Source: an uncultured Verrucomicrobiota bacterium (GTDB lineage: Bacteria; Verrucomicrobiota; Verrucomicrobiia; Limisphaerales; J093). Taken from it: a DNA stretch of 64,000 nucleotides. Under the pieces are notes generated by a model, which was not told the origin of the DNA, did not search any database, and worked only from the letters and a program-made list of their open reading frames with translations. Of the stretch, positions 45,569 through 54,541 are shown piece after piece; within the stretch, counting starts at the first letter, position 1, and each line of letters starts with the position of its first letter. The stretch is from contig CAYXPA010000001.1 in the NCBI GenBank assembly GCA_964466945.1, forward strand, positions 5,516 to 69,515. The letters are read 5' to 3'. The translations under genes were made by a program, and so were the position numbers.

Positions 45569-45656
45569 AAGCGAGGCGCTCGGCCACCCGGCAGCAGGGC
45601 CGCGCGTGCGGCCATGCCGGCCGGTAGTGACCGGCATTCAAGACCGCGGCCTCGGA

Positions 45657-45697
45657 CAAAAAAGCCGCCGCCGGCGGTGCGGACCAGCGGCGGCGGC
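45657..45697 (-). terminator. rho-independent terminator of the PQQ-like propeller gene
   Basis: Minus-strand RNA has GCCGCCGCCG, a 14-nt loop, CGGCGGCGGC, then UUUUUUG. This is a perfect 10-bp GC stem plus U-tract, 19 nt downstream of the stop at 45716. Confidence 0.7.
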
Positions 45698-45715
45698 CCA
45701 TTGCGGCGGGCAAGC

Positions 45716-46984
45716 CTATCGGGCGCGGAGGTCGTAGCAGAGCAACATGTCCTGGTCGCGCAGGTAGAGCCGGCCGTTGGCGATGACCGGGTGCGGCCAG
45801 GCCTCTTTGCCGCTGGGGTCGGGCTGCGCGAAGACGCCCTTTTCCTTGTAGCCGGCAGGGCTGGCCTCGATGAGAAACACGCGGCTGCCCGTTTTCTTTT
45901 CCTCGCGCAGGATCAGGTGGTCGTCGGCGTACACGCAGGAGCCCTTGCCCGGGCCGTCCTCGTGCTGCCAGACCGCCTCGCCGGTGCGGAGGTTCTGGCA
46001 GGTCCAGCCGCGGCGCTCGTCGTGGCCGTAGAGGTGGTCGCCCACCCGGATGACGCCGCCGTGGTGGTTGATCAGGACGCGGTTCTTGTACAGCTCGGTG
46101 GCGGTGAAGGTGTCGCTGTTGCGGGCCACTTTGAAGAGGTTGCAGCCGATGTTGTAGCCGGAGGTCACGTAAACCAGGTCCAGGTCCTCGGCGACCACGG
46201 GCGTGGGGATGACGGCCGTGGCGCCCTTGCGGGGCGCGCGCCAGAGCACCCGGCCCGCGGGGGAGATGCCCACCACGCTGGCCATGGTCAGTTGCACGTA
46301 CTGTGGCGCGCCGGCCAGCGTGGCCGGGACCAGCGAGGCGTACTGGGCTTCGTCGGTGAAGTCCGCCGTTTGCCAGAGCAGGGCGCCGGTGCGTTTGTGG
46401 ACGGCCACGACGGCGCCCTTTTCGCCGCCGGGGGTGAAGATCAACTTGTCGCCGTCCACCAAAGGAGACTCGCTGAAGCCCCACTCGGGCAGCTTGCCGC
46501 CGTAGTCTTGGATGAAGTCCCGGCGCCAGAGTTCCTTGCCGGTGGCGGCTTCGAAGGCGGCGATTTCGCCGTATTGGCCGATGGCAAAGACCAGGTCGCC
46601 GTCCACTGTGGGGGTACCGCGCACGCCGGCGAAGCCGCCCCAGCCGGGGGCGCCCGCCTTGCCGAGCCGGGCTTTCCAGAGCGGCTGGCCGTCCGATTCG
46701 CGGAAGGCCAGCACGAAGTTTTCGTCGCCCAGGTCGCCGGCGGTGTAGAGGACGCCCTTGGCAATTGCGACGGTGGCATAGCCGGCGCCCAGGCCGGTGA
46801 TTTTCCAAACCTGCGGAGGGCCGCCGGCGGGCCAGGTTTTGAGGAGACCGGTCTCGGCCGACTTGCCGTCGCGGTGCGGGCCGCGCCATTGCGGCCAGTC
46901 CTCCGCGCGGGCGGTCAAGACCAGGCCGAGCAGGGGCCAGAGCAGGGTGAGGTTCATCGGAAGGATGCGCGTTGGTTCAAACAT
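45716..46984 (-). CDS. secreted PQQ-like (BamB-like) beta-propeller repeat protein
   Basis: Signal peptide MNLTLLWPLLGLVLTARAEDWPQWRGP, then repeated blades of the form ..G.LY.......L.A.D..TGK.LW. The start may be ATG 46957. Confidence 0.8.
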   Translation of the reverse strand: MFEPTRILPMNLTLLWPLLGLVLTARAEDWPQWRGPHRDGKSAETGLLKTWPAGGPPQVWKITGLGAGYATVAIAKGVLYTAGDLGDENFVLAFRESDGQPLWKARLGKAGAPGWGGFAGVRGTPTVDGDLVFAIGQYGEIAAFEAATGKELWRRDFIQDYGGKLPEWGFSESPLVDGDKLIFTPGGEKGAVVAVHKRTGALLWQTADFTDEAQYASLVPATLAGAPQYVQLTMASVVGISPAGRVLWRAPRKGATAVIPTPVVAEDLDLVYVTSGYNIGCNLFKVARNSDTFTATELYKNRVLINHHGGVIRVGDHLYGHDERRGWTCQNLRTGEAVWQHEDGPGKGSCVYADDHLILREEKKTGSRVFLIEASPAGYKEKGVFAQPDPSGKEAWPHPVIANGRLYLRDQDMLLCYDLRAR

Positions 46985-47122
46985 GCGGCGTTAGATTGGA
47001 GCAGGTGGGGACAAATTCAAATCGCCCGCGGCGACGCGCTCCGCTGCGTCGGCCGCGCCGGCGCTCCGCTTTTGGATTGTCAACCCGGGACGGTCAGGTT
47101 GTGATGCAGGCTCGTTTGTCAC

Positions 47123-48091
47123 ATGGCCGAGACATCACCAAAGCAAGCGACCTTGTTGGACGAACTCCGGGAAGAGCTCCCGGTGGCGTGGCGGGCCATT
47201 CCGCGCAAGGGGATGTTTTTCGGGCTCTTGGCGGTGTGGCTGGCGGTGTTTCATTTTCTGGGCAACCCGACGCTGGGTTACGTGGCCACGCCCTCGCTGC
47301 TGGGCTGGTTGAACATGATGTACAACCGGCCGGGCTCGGAGGACGGACACGGGCAGTTGATGCCGCTGGTGGTGCTCGGGTTGTTGTGGTGGCGGCGGGA
47401 GCGGCTGGCGCGCGTGCCCACCGAGGTGTGGGGGCCGGGTTTGTGGTGGTTGGCCGGGGCGGGGGTGTTGCACTGGCTGGGGTTCGCCGTGCAACAGCCG
47501 CGGGTGTCGGTGGTGGCGTTGTGGCTGGGCGTGTACGGCCTGGTGGCTGCGGTGTGGGGCCGCGCGCTGGCCCGGGCGATCGCGTTTCCTTACGTGCTGC
47601 TGATTTTTTGCGTGCCGCTGGGCGATCTGGCCGATCCGGTGACAGTGCCGTTGCGGCGGTTTTCCACGGATGTCACGGTGGTGATCGTGCGGCATCTGCT
47701 GGGCATCCCGGTGTTGCAGGAAGGGGTGCAGTTGATTGACCCCAAGGGGACCTACCAGTACGAAGTGGCGGCGGCGTGCAGCGGGATCAACAGCCTGCTG
47801 ACGCTTCTGGTGCTGACTTCGGTGTACGGCTTCGTGAGTTTTGCCTCGCCCTGGAAGCGGCTGGCGATGGTGGCCCTGGCGCTGCCGCTGGCGGTGGCGG
47901 GCAATGTATTGCGGCTGGTGAGCATCATCGTGGCGGCGGAGGGGTTCGGTCGGGGAGTCGGGGAGTTTGTGCATGAGTGGTTCGGGTTTGTGACCTTCGC
48001 GCTGGGGTTGGTGGTGATTTTCGCGGTGGGCAATTGGTTGCAGGAACCCCGGGGCGAGGCAGCGGGGCCGGCGGTTTCCCAAGCGACATGA
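47123..48091 (+). CDS. exosortase (EpsH/Xrt family)
   Basis: Polytopic membrane protein with the catalytic context AAACSGINSLLTLL (Cys), AVAGNVLRLVSII (Arg) and EFVHEWFGFV (His). Confidence 0.85.
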   Translation: MAETSPKQATLLDELREELPVAWRAIPRKGMFFGLLAVWLAVFHFLGNPTLGYVATPSLLGWLNMMYNRPGSEDGHGQLMPLVVLGLLWWRRERLARVPTEVWGPGLWWLAGAGVLHWLGFAVQQPRVSVVALWLGVYGLVAAVWGRALARAIAFPYVLLIFCVPLGDLADPVTVPLRRFSTDVTVVIVRHLLGIPVLQEGVQLIDPKGTYQYEVAAACSGINSLLTLLVLTSVYGFVSFASPWKRLAMVALALPLAVAGNVLRLVSIIVAAEGFGRGVGEFVHEWFGFVTFALGLVVIFAVGNWLQEPRGEAAGPAVSQAT

Positions 48092-48813
48092 ACCGGGGCA
48101 CGACCATCATCGTGGGAGCGCTGGCCATTATGGGGCTGACGGCCGGGGCCGTGGCCCACCTCAAGTACCACCAGCGGCTGGGCGAGCCGGGGGTGCGCTG
48201 GGAGGCGAACGGGGCCGGGTTGCGGGGGCGGATCGTGCTGCCCGAGCGGGTGCTGGACTATGTGTCCACGAACGTCGAGCCGGCGCAGGTCGAGTGGGAC
48301 GTCCTGCCCAAAGACACCAGTCTGGCGCGGCGCTTGTACCGGGCGCCGGACGGGTTCGAGGTGTTGCTGGGGGTGGTGTTGATGGGGACCGACCGCACCA
48401 GCATCCACAAACCCGAGTACTGTCTGACTTCGCAGGGCTGGCAGATCGTGGAGCGGGCCACCACGCGCCTGGGCGTGGACCAACCGCATCCGTACACGCT
48501 GCCGGTGCGGCGGTTTGTCACCCGGCGGCTGGGCCAGTTGCCCGGCGGCCGCCAGGTGCGGTGGAGCGGGGTGTACCTGTTTTGGTTTGTGGCCGACGGC
48601 CGGCTCACGGCCAGTCACGCCGGGCGGATGGGGTGGCTGGCGTGGGACCTGATCCGGCACGGGGTGATGCCCCGTTGGGCGTATGTGAGCGCGTTTGTGG
48701 TGTGTCCGCCCGGCCAGGAAGACCGCGCCACGGCGCGGGCCGGGGAGTTTTTGCGGGCGGCGGTCCCGCTGTTTCAGACCACGGCCGGGCCGCGCGAGGA
48801 CCGGCGGCCGTGA
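48088..48813 (+). CDS. exosortase-associated EpsI-family protein
   Basis: N-terminal TM helix, then DRTSIHKPEYCLTSQGW (the H-x-PE-x-C...GW EpsI motif). The ATG overlaps the exosortase stop (ATGA at 48088-48091). Confidence 0.75.
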   Translation: MNRGTTIIVGALAIMGLTAGAVAHLKYHQRLGEPGVRWEANGAGLRGRIVLPERVLDYVSTNVEPAQVEWDVLPKDTSLARRLYRAPDGFEVLLGVVLMGTDRTSIHKPEYCLTSQGWQIVERATTRLGVDQPHPYTLPVRRFVTRRLGQLPGGRQVRWSGVYLFWFVADGRLTASHAGRMGWLAWDLIRHGVMPRWAYVSAFVVCPPGQEDRATARAGEFLRAAVPLFQTTAGPREDRRP

Positions 48814-48913
48814 ACGTCCCGCCGTGAAGTTCCCGACCGACCGGAAAGAAGTTTGCCCTCGCGCGGCGCGGGCTGGCAGGATGGGCGGACTTTGACGCGT
48901 TTGCGCGAAATCC

Positions 48914-50311
48914 ATGCTGCGCCAACAGCGAGACCTTCAAACCCAGGTACAGATGGTGGTGGACGCCGGGCTTTTCGGCCTGAGCTTCTATCTGGCGCAC
49001 GCCATCCGGGAACGCTGGCCCTTCGAGTTGTTCGGCGGCACGCGGGAGATTTTCGACTTTTCGTACTACTTCTGGCTGTTTGTGGTGATCGTGCCGCTGG
49101 CGCCGCTGGTGTTGCGGTTGAGCGGATTTTACCGGCGGCCGTGGTTGCCCTCGCGCTGGCAGACGGCGGCGGTGTTGCTGCGGGCGTGCACGACGCTGGT
49201 GCTGGGGCTGGTGGTGCTCTTGTGGATCATGCGCGAGACCGGGGGGATCGCGCGCTCGGTGCTGATTTACTTCGGCGGGATCAGCTTCGCGCTGGTGTTT
49301 GCCAAGGAGGAGTTGCTGTTGCGCTGGCGCACCAGCCGGTTGGGCCGGGCCCGGCTGCAGCGGCGCTTGATCCTGGTGGGCACGCCGGAGGAGACCCGGC
49401 AGGTGCGGGAGGAAATCCGGCGGGACCCGAGCCGGCAGTTTGAGATCGCGGCGGAGGTTAACCTGAACGTGGAGCCGGTCGAGCGGCTGGTGGAATTGAT
49501 GCACGAGCACTCGCCCAACGGCGTGATCATGGCCGCGCAGCACACCTACTTTGGCCAGCTCGAACAGGCCATCGCGGTGTGCGAACGCGAAGGGGTCGAG
49601 GTGTGGGTGATCGCGGACTTCTTCAAGCCGCGCATCTCGAAGACGACCGTGGGGGTGTTTCAGGGCCGGCCGGTGCTGGTGTACCGCTCGGTGCCGGCGA
49701 GCACCTGGCCGTTGCTGGCCAAACAGATGCTGGATTTTTGCGGGGCGCTCGTGTTGCTGATCCTGACCGCGCCGCTGATGCTGCTGGCGGCCGTGGGCAT
49801 CAAGCTGACTTCGCCCGGCCCGATCCTTTTCCGTCAGGAACGTTGCGGGCTGAACGGGCGGCCGTTCACGATGTTGAAATTTCGCTCGATGGTCAGCGAT
49901 GCCGAGCAGCGCAAGCACGAGCTGGAGGCGCTCAACGAAATGAACGGGCCGGTCTTCAAGGTGAGCAACGACCCGCGGGTCACGCCCTTTGGCCGGTTTT
50001 TGCGCAAGTACAGCATTGATGAGCTGCCGCAGTTGTTCAACGTGCTGGCCGGGCAGATGAGCCTGGTCGGGCCGCGGCCCCTGCCGGTGAACGAGGTCAA
50101 GCGGTTCGACGACCCCGCGCATCGCCGCCGGCTCAGCGTGAAACCCGGCCTGACCTGCCTGTGGCAGATTCGCGGGCGGAGCGACCTGCGGGATTTCCGG
50201 GAATGGGTGCGCCTGGACCTCGAGTACATTGACAACTGGTCCCTGGGCCTGGACCTGAAAATCCTCCTGCTCACCATCCCGGTGGTCCTGCGCGGGCAGG
50301 GGGCCAAATGA
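48914..50311 (+). CDS. polyprenyl glycosylphosphotransferase (exopolysaccharide priming sugar transferase, WbaP/EpsB-like)
   Basis: Four to five N-terminal TM helices and a central Rossmann-like region. The C-terminal bacterial sugar transferase domain shows [39 protein letters not shown] and KPGLTCLWQ. Confidence 0.9.
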   Translation: MLRQQRDLQTQVQMVVDAGLFGLSFYLAHAIRERWPFELFGGTREIFDFSYYFWLFVVIVPLAPLVLRLSGFYRRPWLPSRWQTAAVLLRACTTLVLGLVVLLWIMRETGGIARSVLIYFGGISFALVFAKEELLLRWRTSRLGRARLQRRLILVGTPEETRQVREEIRRDPSRQFEIAAEVNLNVEPVERLVELMHEHSPNGVIMAAQHTYFGQLEQAIAVCEREGVEVWVIADFFKPRISKTTVGVFQGRPVLVYRSVPASTWPLLAKQMLDFCGALVLLILTAPLMLLAAVGIKLTSPGPILFRQERCGLNGRPFTMLKFRSMVSDAEQRKHELEALNEMNGPVFKVSNDPRVTPFGRFLRKYSIDELPQLFNVLAGQMSLVGPRPLPVNEVKRFDDPAHRRRLSVKPGLTCLWQIRGRSDLRDFREWVRLDLEYIDNWSLGLDLKILLLTIPVVLRGQGAK

Positions 50312-50351
50312 ACCGGCCGGGCCGACCGCGATTGTTTTTCAGCCGCCACGC

Positions 50352-51350
50352 ATGAAAACGAAAATCCGCAAACGCCCGGTCCGGAGCCAAAGCCCCCCGG
50401 TGTCGGTGGTGACCGGCGGGGCCGGGTTTCTGGGCTCGCACCTGGTGGACCTGCTCCTGGCGCGCGGGCACCGGGTCATTGTCCTGGACAACCTGGTTAC
50501 CGGCACGGTGGACAACATTGCCCACCATGCCGGCGACCCGAACTTCCGGTTCATCCATCAGGACGTGACCGAGTACCTGTTCCTGGACGGGCCGGTGGAT
50601 TACATCTGGCACTTCGCCTCGCCGGCCAGTCCGGTGGATTACCTCGAGCTGCCCATTCAGACCCTCAAGGTGGGCTCGCTGGGCACGCACAAGGCGCTGG
50701 GTCTGGCCCGGCACAAGGGCGCCCGGTTCCTGCTGGCCTCAACTTCAGAAGTGTACGGCGACCCGACGGTGCATCCGCAGCCGGAGACCTACTGGGGCAA
50801 CGTCAACCCCATCGGTCCGCGGGGTTGCTACGACGAGGCCAAGCGGTTCGCCGAGGCCCTGACCATGGCGTACCACAACGAGCACGGGTTGGAGACGCGG
50901 ATTGTGCGCATCTTCAACACCTACGGGCCGCGGATGCGCATGGGGGACGGTCGGGTGGTGCCGGCGTTCATCGCCGCCGCGCTGCGCAATCAGCCGCTCT
51001 CGGTCTTCGGCGACGGCACGCAGACGCGCAGTTTTTGCTATTGCTCGGACCTGATCGAGGGGGTGTACCGGCTGATGATGTCCGACTACCACCTGCCGGT
51101 GAACATCGGCAACCCGGAGGAACTGACCATGCGCGAGTTCGCCGAGGCGGTGATCCGGGCGGTGGGGTCGCGCAGCCGGATCGTGTACCGGCCGTTGCCG
51201 CAAGACGACCCCAAGCAGCGCCGGCCCGACATCACGCGAGCACAGAACTTGCTAAAATGGAACCCGCAGGTTCCCTTGGCCGAAGGCCTCGAGAAGACCA
51301 TCGAGTGGTTCCGATCGCGCCTCGGGGCTCGGTCCAAGACTGCCCGCTAA
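50352..51350 (+). CDS. UDP-glucuronate decarboxylase (UDP-xylose synthase), extended SDR
   Basis: [32 protein letters not shown] (YxxxK) and [10 protein letters not shown]; the overall pattern is UXS-like. Confidence 0.85.
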   Translation: MKTKIRKRPVRSQSPPVSVVTGGAGFLGSHLVDLLLARGHRVIVLDNLVTGTVDNIAHHAGDPNFRFIHQDVTEYLFLDGPVDYIWHFASPASPVDYLELPIQTLKVGSLGTHKALGLARHKGARFLLASTSEVYGDPTVHPQPETYWGNVNPIGPRGCYDEAKRFAEALTMAYHNEHGLETRIVRIFNTYGPRMRMGDGRVVPAFIAAALRNQPLSVFGDGTQTRSFCYCSDLIEGVYRLMMSDYHLPVNIGNPEELTMREFAEAVIRAVGSRSRIVYRPLPQDDPKQRRPDITRAQNLLKWNPQVPLAEGLEKTIEWFRSRLGARSKTAR

Positions 51351-51484
51351 AACATCGCCGTGAAACGACGTTTGTGTTTGACCCGCAGGGTCAATTCCAG
51401 TAACCACCCTGCACCATCTCGACGTTGTGCCGGGCCGGGCCGAGGCGTAAGCTGGTCCCGGCGGGCGCAGCCCGGGCGGAAACC

Positions 51485-53431
51485 ATGCTGAATTCGTCGA
51501 AATCCTTTCTGTGCGTTGATTTTGGCGCCGGCACCCTGAAGGTTGCCGAGTTCGACGCCACTGAGGCGGGGGCCTTGCGCTTGCTGCGGTATGCGGTTCG
51601 CCCCCTGGGCCTGGCCGGCAGCCAGGACGCGGCACGGGACGGGGTGGTCCAACGGGCCTTGCAGGAAATCATGTCCGGCAAGACCTACACCGCCAAGCGC
51701 TGCAACGTGTCGGCGCCCGGGTTCCAGACCTTCTCGAAGTTCATCAAGCTGCCTCCGGTGGACGCCTCGAAGGCGACGCAGATCATCCAGTACGAGGCGC
51801 AGCAGAACGTGCCCTTCCCGCTTGAAGAGGTGGTGTGGGATTACCAAATCCTCGGCGCCCTGCCTTCCGGCGAACTGGAGGTGCTCCTGGTCGCCATCAA
51901 GACCAGCCTGGTCGAGGGCATGTTCAAGGCCGCCGAGTCGCAGGGGTTGCGCCTGGACCTGGTGGACGCCAGCCCGGCCGCGCTGGCCAACGCCTTTCGC
52001 TACAACTACAGCGACATGGAGGGCTGCTCCATGTTGCTGGACATCGGCGCCAAGACCAGCAACGTGCTGTTCTTCGAGAAGGACAAGGTTTACGCCCGCA
52101 CCATCAACATCGGCGCCAACGCCATCACCCAGGAATTTGCGGCCGAGGCCAAGCTGCCTTTCGCCGAGGCCGAGAAGATCAAGATCGCCGAAGGTTTCGT
52201 GAGCCTGGGCGGGGCCTACGAGGAACCGGAAAACCCCCGCCAGGCGGCCATCTCGAAGATCGCGCGGCAGGTGATGACCCGCCTGCACATCCAGGTCAAT
52301 CAGACCATCCAGTTTTACCGCAGCCAACAGGGCGGCTCGGCGCCGCAACGGGTGTTCCTGGCCGGGGGCGCCTCGATCATGGCCTACACGGCCCAGTTCT
52401 TCGCCGAGAAGCTCAACCTCCCGGTGGATTACTTCAATCCGTTCCGCAACGTCGAGATTGACCCCTCGGTCAACATCGAGGAGCTGGCCAAGGTCGCCCA
52501 CGCGTTTGGCGAGGTGGTGGGGTTGGGCCTGCGCAACCCGGCGCAGTGCCCGATCGAGCTGAACCTCATCCCCAAGACCATCCTCAAGCGCCAGCAGCTC
52601 AATCAGAAAAAACCGTACTTCATCGCTGCGGCCATCAGCCTCATTCTGGCCGTGCTGGCCATGGGGGTGTTCTTCGACCGCGTGGCGGCGGTCAAGCAGC
52701 AGGCCATTACCGAACGCGAACCCAAAGTGGCGCGCCTCCAACAAAAGGCCGACCAGCTCCGGGCGGCACTCAAACAACGCGACGAGGCCCAAAAGCTCGT
52801 GGACCAGTACACCGAGTGGCTGGAGACCCGGTTTTCTTGGGGGGACGTGCTCACCGAACTTCGCAACGCCCTGGTCAACACCGAGCGGGTGACCACCCAG
52901 CCGGGCATGCAGACCGCCGTTTGGGTCGAGCGCATGAGCGCCGAAAACCTTCAAGCGCCTCCCGAGGAGCAACAGGAAGAAACCGGAACCCGGCCCATGA
53001 TGATGGATTGGCGCATGATGCTCCGCTACGGCATCGGTCTTCCGCCCGAGGTCATGCGAAAACTCCGGGAAATGCAGGCTTCCGGGGAGCTGGACCAGGC
53101 CGCCCAAAGTGGTGGCGGGGAGGCCGGGGGGGCGGAAGGAGAGGCCGGAGGGGGCATGGACATGGGCGGCGCTCCGGCAGCGCCGAGCCGGCCCAACACC
53201 AACGAAGTCTCGATTATCAACCTCACCTGCCGGGCCATCAGTTGGAGCCGGGCCGACCCCCGGGCCGACCGTCAACTGGTGGACACCCTCGCCAACGTGC
53301 TCCTGCAAAGCCCGCTTTTTGTGGGCGGCACCAACGGCACCCGGCTTTCCGGGCAGATGCGACCGGACGAAGGCACCAATACCTTCCGGTTTGATGTCAA
53401 GCTCGTGCTCGCCAAGTCGATCAAACTGTAA
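51485..53431 (+). CDS. pilM: type IV pilus assembly PilM (actin-like ATPase) fused to a PilN-like TM/coiled-coil/periplasmic module
   Basis: N-terminal ~370 aa: FLCVDFGAGTLKVAEF..., VDASPAALANAF, LLDIGAKTSNV and FLAGGAS are the PilM/FtsA-like motifs. Next come KKPYFIAAAISLILAVLAMGVFF (TM), a coiled coil, a Met-rich/acidic-Gly insertion and a C-terminal alpha/beta domain. Start is ATG 51485. Confidence 0.8.
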   Translation: MLNSSKSFLCVDFGAGTLKVAEFDATEAGALRLLRYAVRPLGLAGSQDAARDGVVQRALQEIMSGKTYTAKRCNVSAPGFQTFSKFIKLPPVDASKATQIIQYEAQQNVPFPLEEVVWDYQILGALPSGELEVLLVAIKTSLVEGMFKAAESQGLRLDLVDASPAALANAFRYNYSDMEGCSMLLDIGAKTSNVLFFEKDKVYARTINIGANAITQEFAAEAKLPFAEAEKIKIAEGFVSLGGAYEEPENPRQAAISKIARQVMTRLHIQVNQTIQFYRSQQGGSAPQRVFLAGGASIMAYTAQFFAEKLNLPVDYFNPFRNVEIDPSVNIEELAKVAHAFGEVVGLGLRNPAQCPIELNLIPKTILKRQQLNQKKPYFIAAAISLILAVLAMGVFFDRVAAVKQQAITEREPKVARLQQKADQLRAALKQRDEAQKLVDQYTEWLETRFSWGDVLTELRNALVNTERVTTQPGMQTAVWVERMSAENLQAPPEEQQEETGTRPMMMDWRMMLRYGIGLPPEVMRKLREMQASGELDQAAQSGGGEAGGAEGEAGGGMDMGGAPAAPSRPNTNEVSIINLTCRAISWSRADPRADRQLVDTLANVLLQSPLFVGGTNGTRLSGQMRPDEGTNTFRFDVKLVLAKSIKL

Positions 53432-53434
53432 GGT

Positions 53435-54538
53435 ATGGATTGGATCAAAAAGAACCTCGGGCTGGTCATCGGTGGCCTGCTGGTCCTGGCAGGGCTGGGC
53501 GCTTCCGGCTATTACCTCTATACCAAAATCCAGCACAGCAACGCCATCAGCGCCCAGTTGGAGGAGCAGGACCAGAAGCTCCAGTCCCTCATGCGCATGA
53601 GACCCCACCCGGGCAACCGCAAGGTGGACAACATCGCGCTGGCCAAGGAACAGGAAGCCCAGTTGACCAATTTCGCCGCCCGCGCCCGCGCCCAGTTCGC
53701 GCCTGTGCCCTATCCCACCAACATCGAGAGCAGCAACTTCGGCTTGCTCCTGACCGACACCCTCGACCACCTGCATCGCCGGGCCCGAATGACGGGAACC
53801 AAACTGCCCGACGGCTACGCGTTCACCTTTGCCGCGCAAAAGCAGGCGCTGTCCTTCGAGCCCAAGAGCATCGAGCCCCTGACCCGCGCGCTGATGGAGG
53901 TCAAGACCCTGAGCGAAATCCTGCTCGATGCTCGCGTGATCGAGCTCGAGCGCATCCGCCGACCCTCCGTTGCGGCCAATGACACGCCCGGCCTGACCCT
54001 GGGCGGTGGCCCCTCCGACTACTGGACGCGCAAGCCGGTCACCAACGACCTGGCCGTGATCATCCCTTACGAACTGGTCTTTCGCGGTTTCAGCAGCGAA
54101 TTGCAGGCCTTCATGGAAGGTTTGGCCCGCAGCCCCCACAACTTCCTGCTCAAAAATCTCATCGTGGACACTGGGGAGACCAACGAGGTGGACATGTTCG
54201 CGCCGGACATGGGCCTGGGCGGCGACGAGGGCAACATGCCCCGGATGAGTCCGCAGATGCTGATGATGCTCCGCTATGGCTTGCGGCCCGGGATGCGTGG
54301 CATGCCCATGATGCCCCAGCCGACCGATGCCGCCACGGAGGCGGCGCGGGCCGAGGCCAACATCATCGTCCGCGAAAAACCCTTCCGCGTGACGGCCTGG
54401 GTGGATGTGGTGCGCCTGCGCGATCCCGCCGAGGCGGCCGCCAGCCGTACCCGGTCCCGCCGGGGTCCGGCCGCGCCCGGCGCCGAGAGCACCGGCGCCG
54501 AAACCGCACCGGAGGCCTCGACGGCGGCCGCATTCTAG
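53435..54538 (+). CDS. PilO-like pilus-assembly membrane protein, Amuc_1100-like architecture
   Basis: MDWIKKNLGLVIGGLLVLAGLGASGYYLY (TM), a coiled coil, and a periplasmic domain (IPYELVFRGFSSELQAFMEGLARSPHNFLLKNLIVD ... EKPFRVTAWVDVVRL). The domain is interrupted by a Met/Pro-rich loop. The resemblance to Akkermansia Amuc_1100 comes from my recollection of that sequence and was not aligned. Confidence 0.5.
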   Translation: MDWIKKNLGLVIGGLLVLAGLGASGYYLYTKIQHSNAISAQLEEQDQKLQSLMRMRPHPGNRKVDNIALAKEQEAQLTNFAARARAQFAPVPYPTNIESSNFGLLLTDTLDHLHRRARMTGTKLPDGYAFTFAAQKQALSFEPKSIEPLTRALMEVKTLSEILLDARVIELERIRRPSVAANDTPGLTLGGGPSDYWTRKPVTNDLAVIIPYELVFRGFSSELQAFMEGLARSPHNFLLKNLIVDTGETNEVDMFAPDMGLGGDEGNMPRMSPQMLMMLRYGLRPGMRGMPMMPQPTDAATEAARAEANIIVREKPFRVTAWVDVVRLRDPAEAAASRTRSRRGPAAPGAESTGAETAPEASTAAAF

Positions 54539-54541
54539 CCT

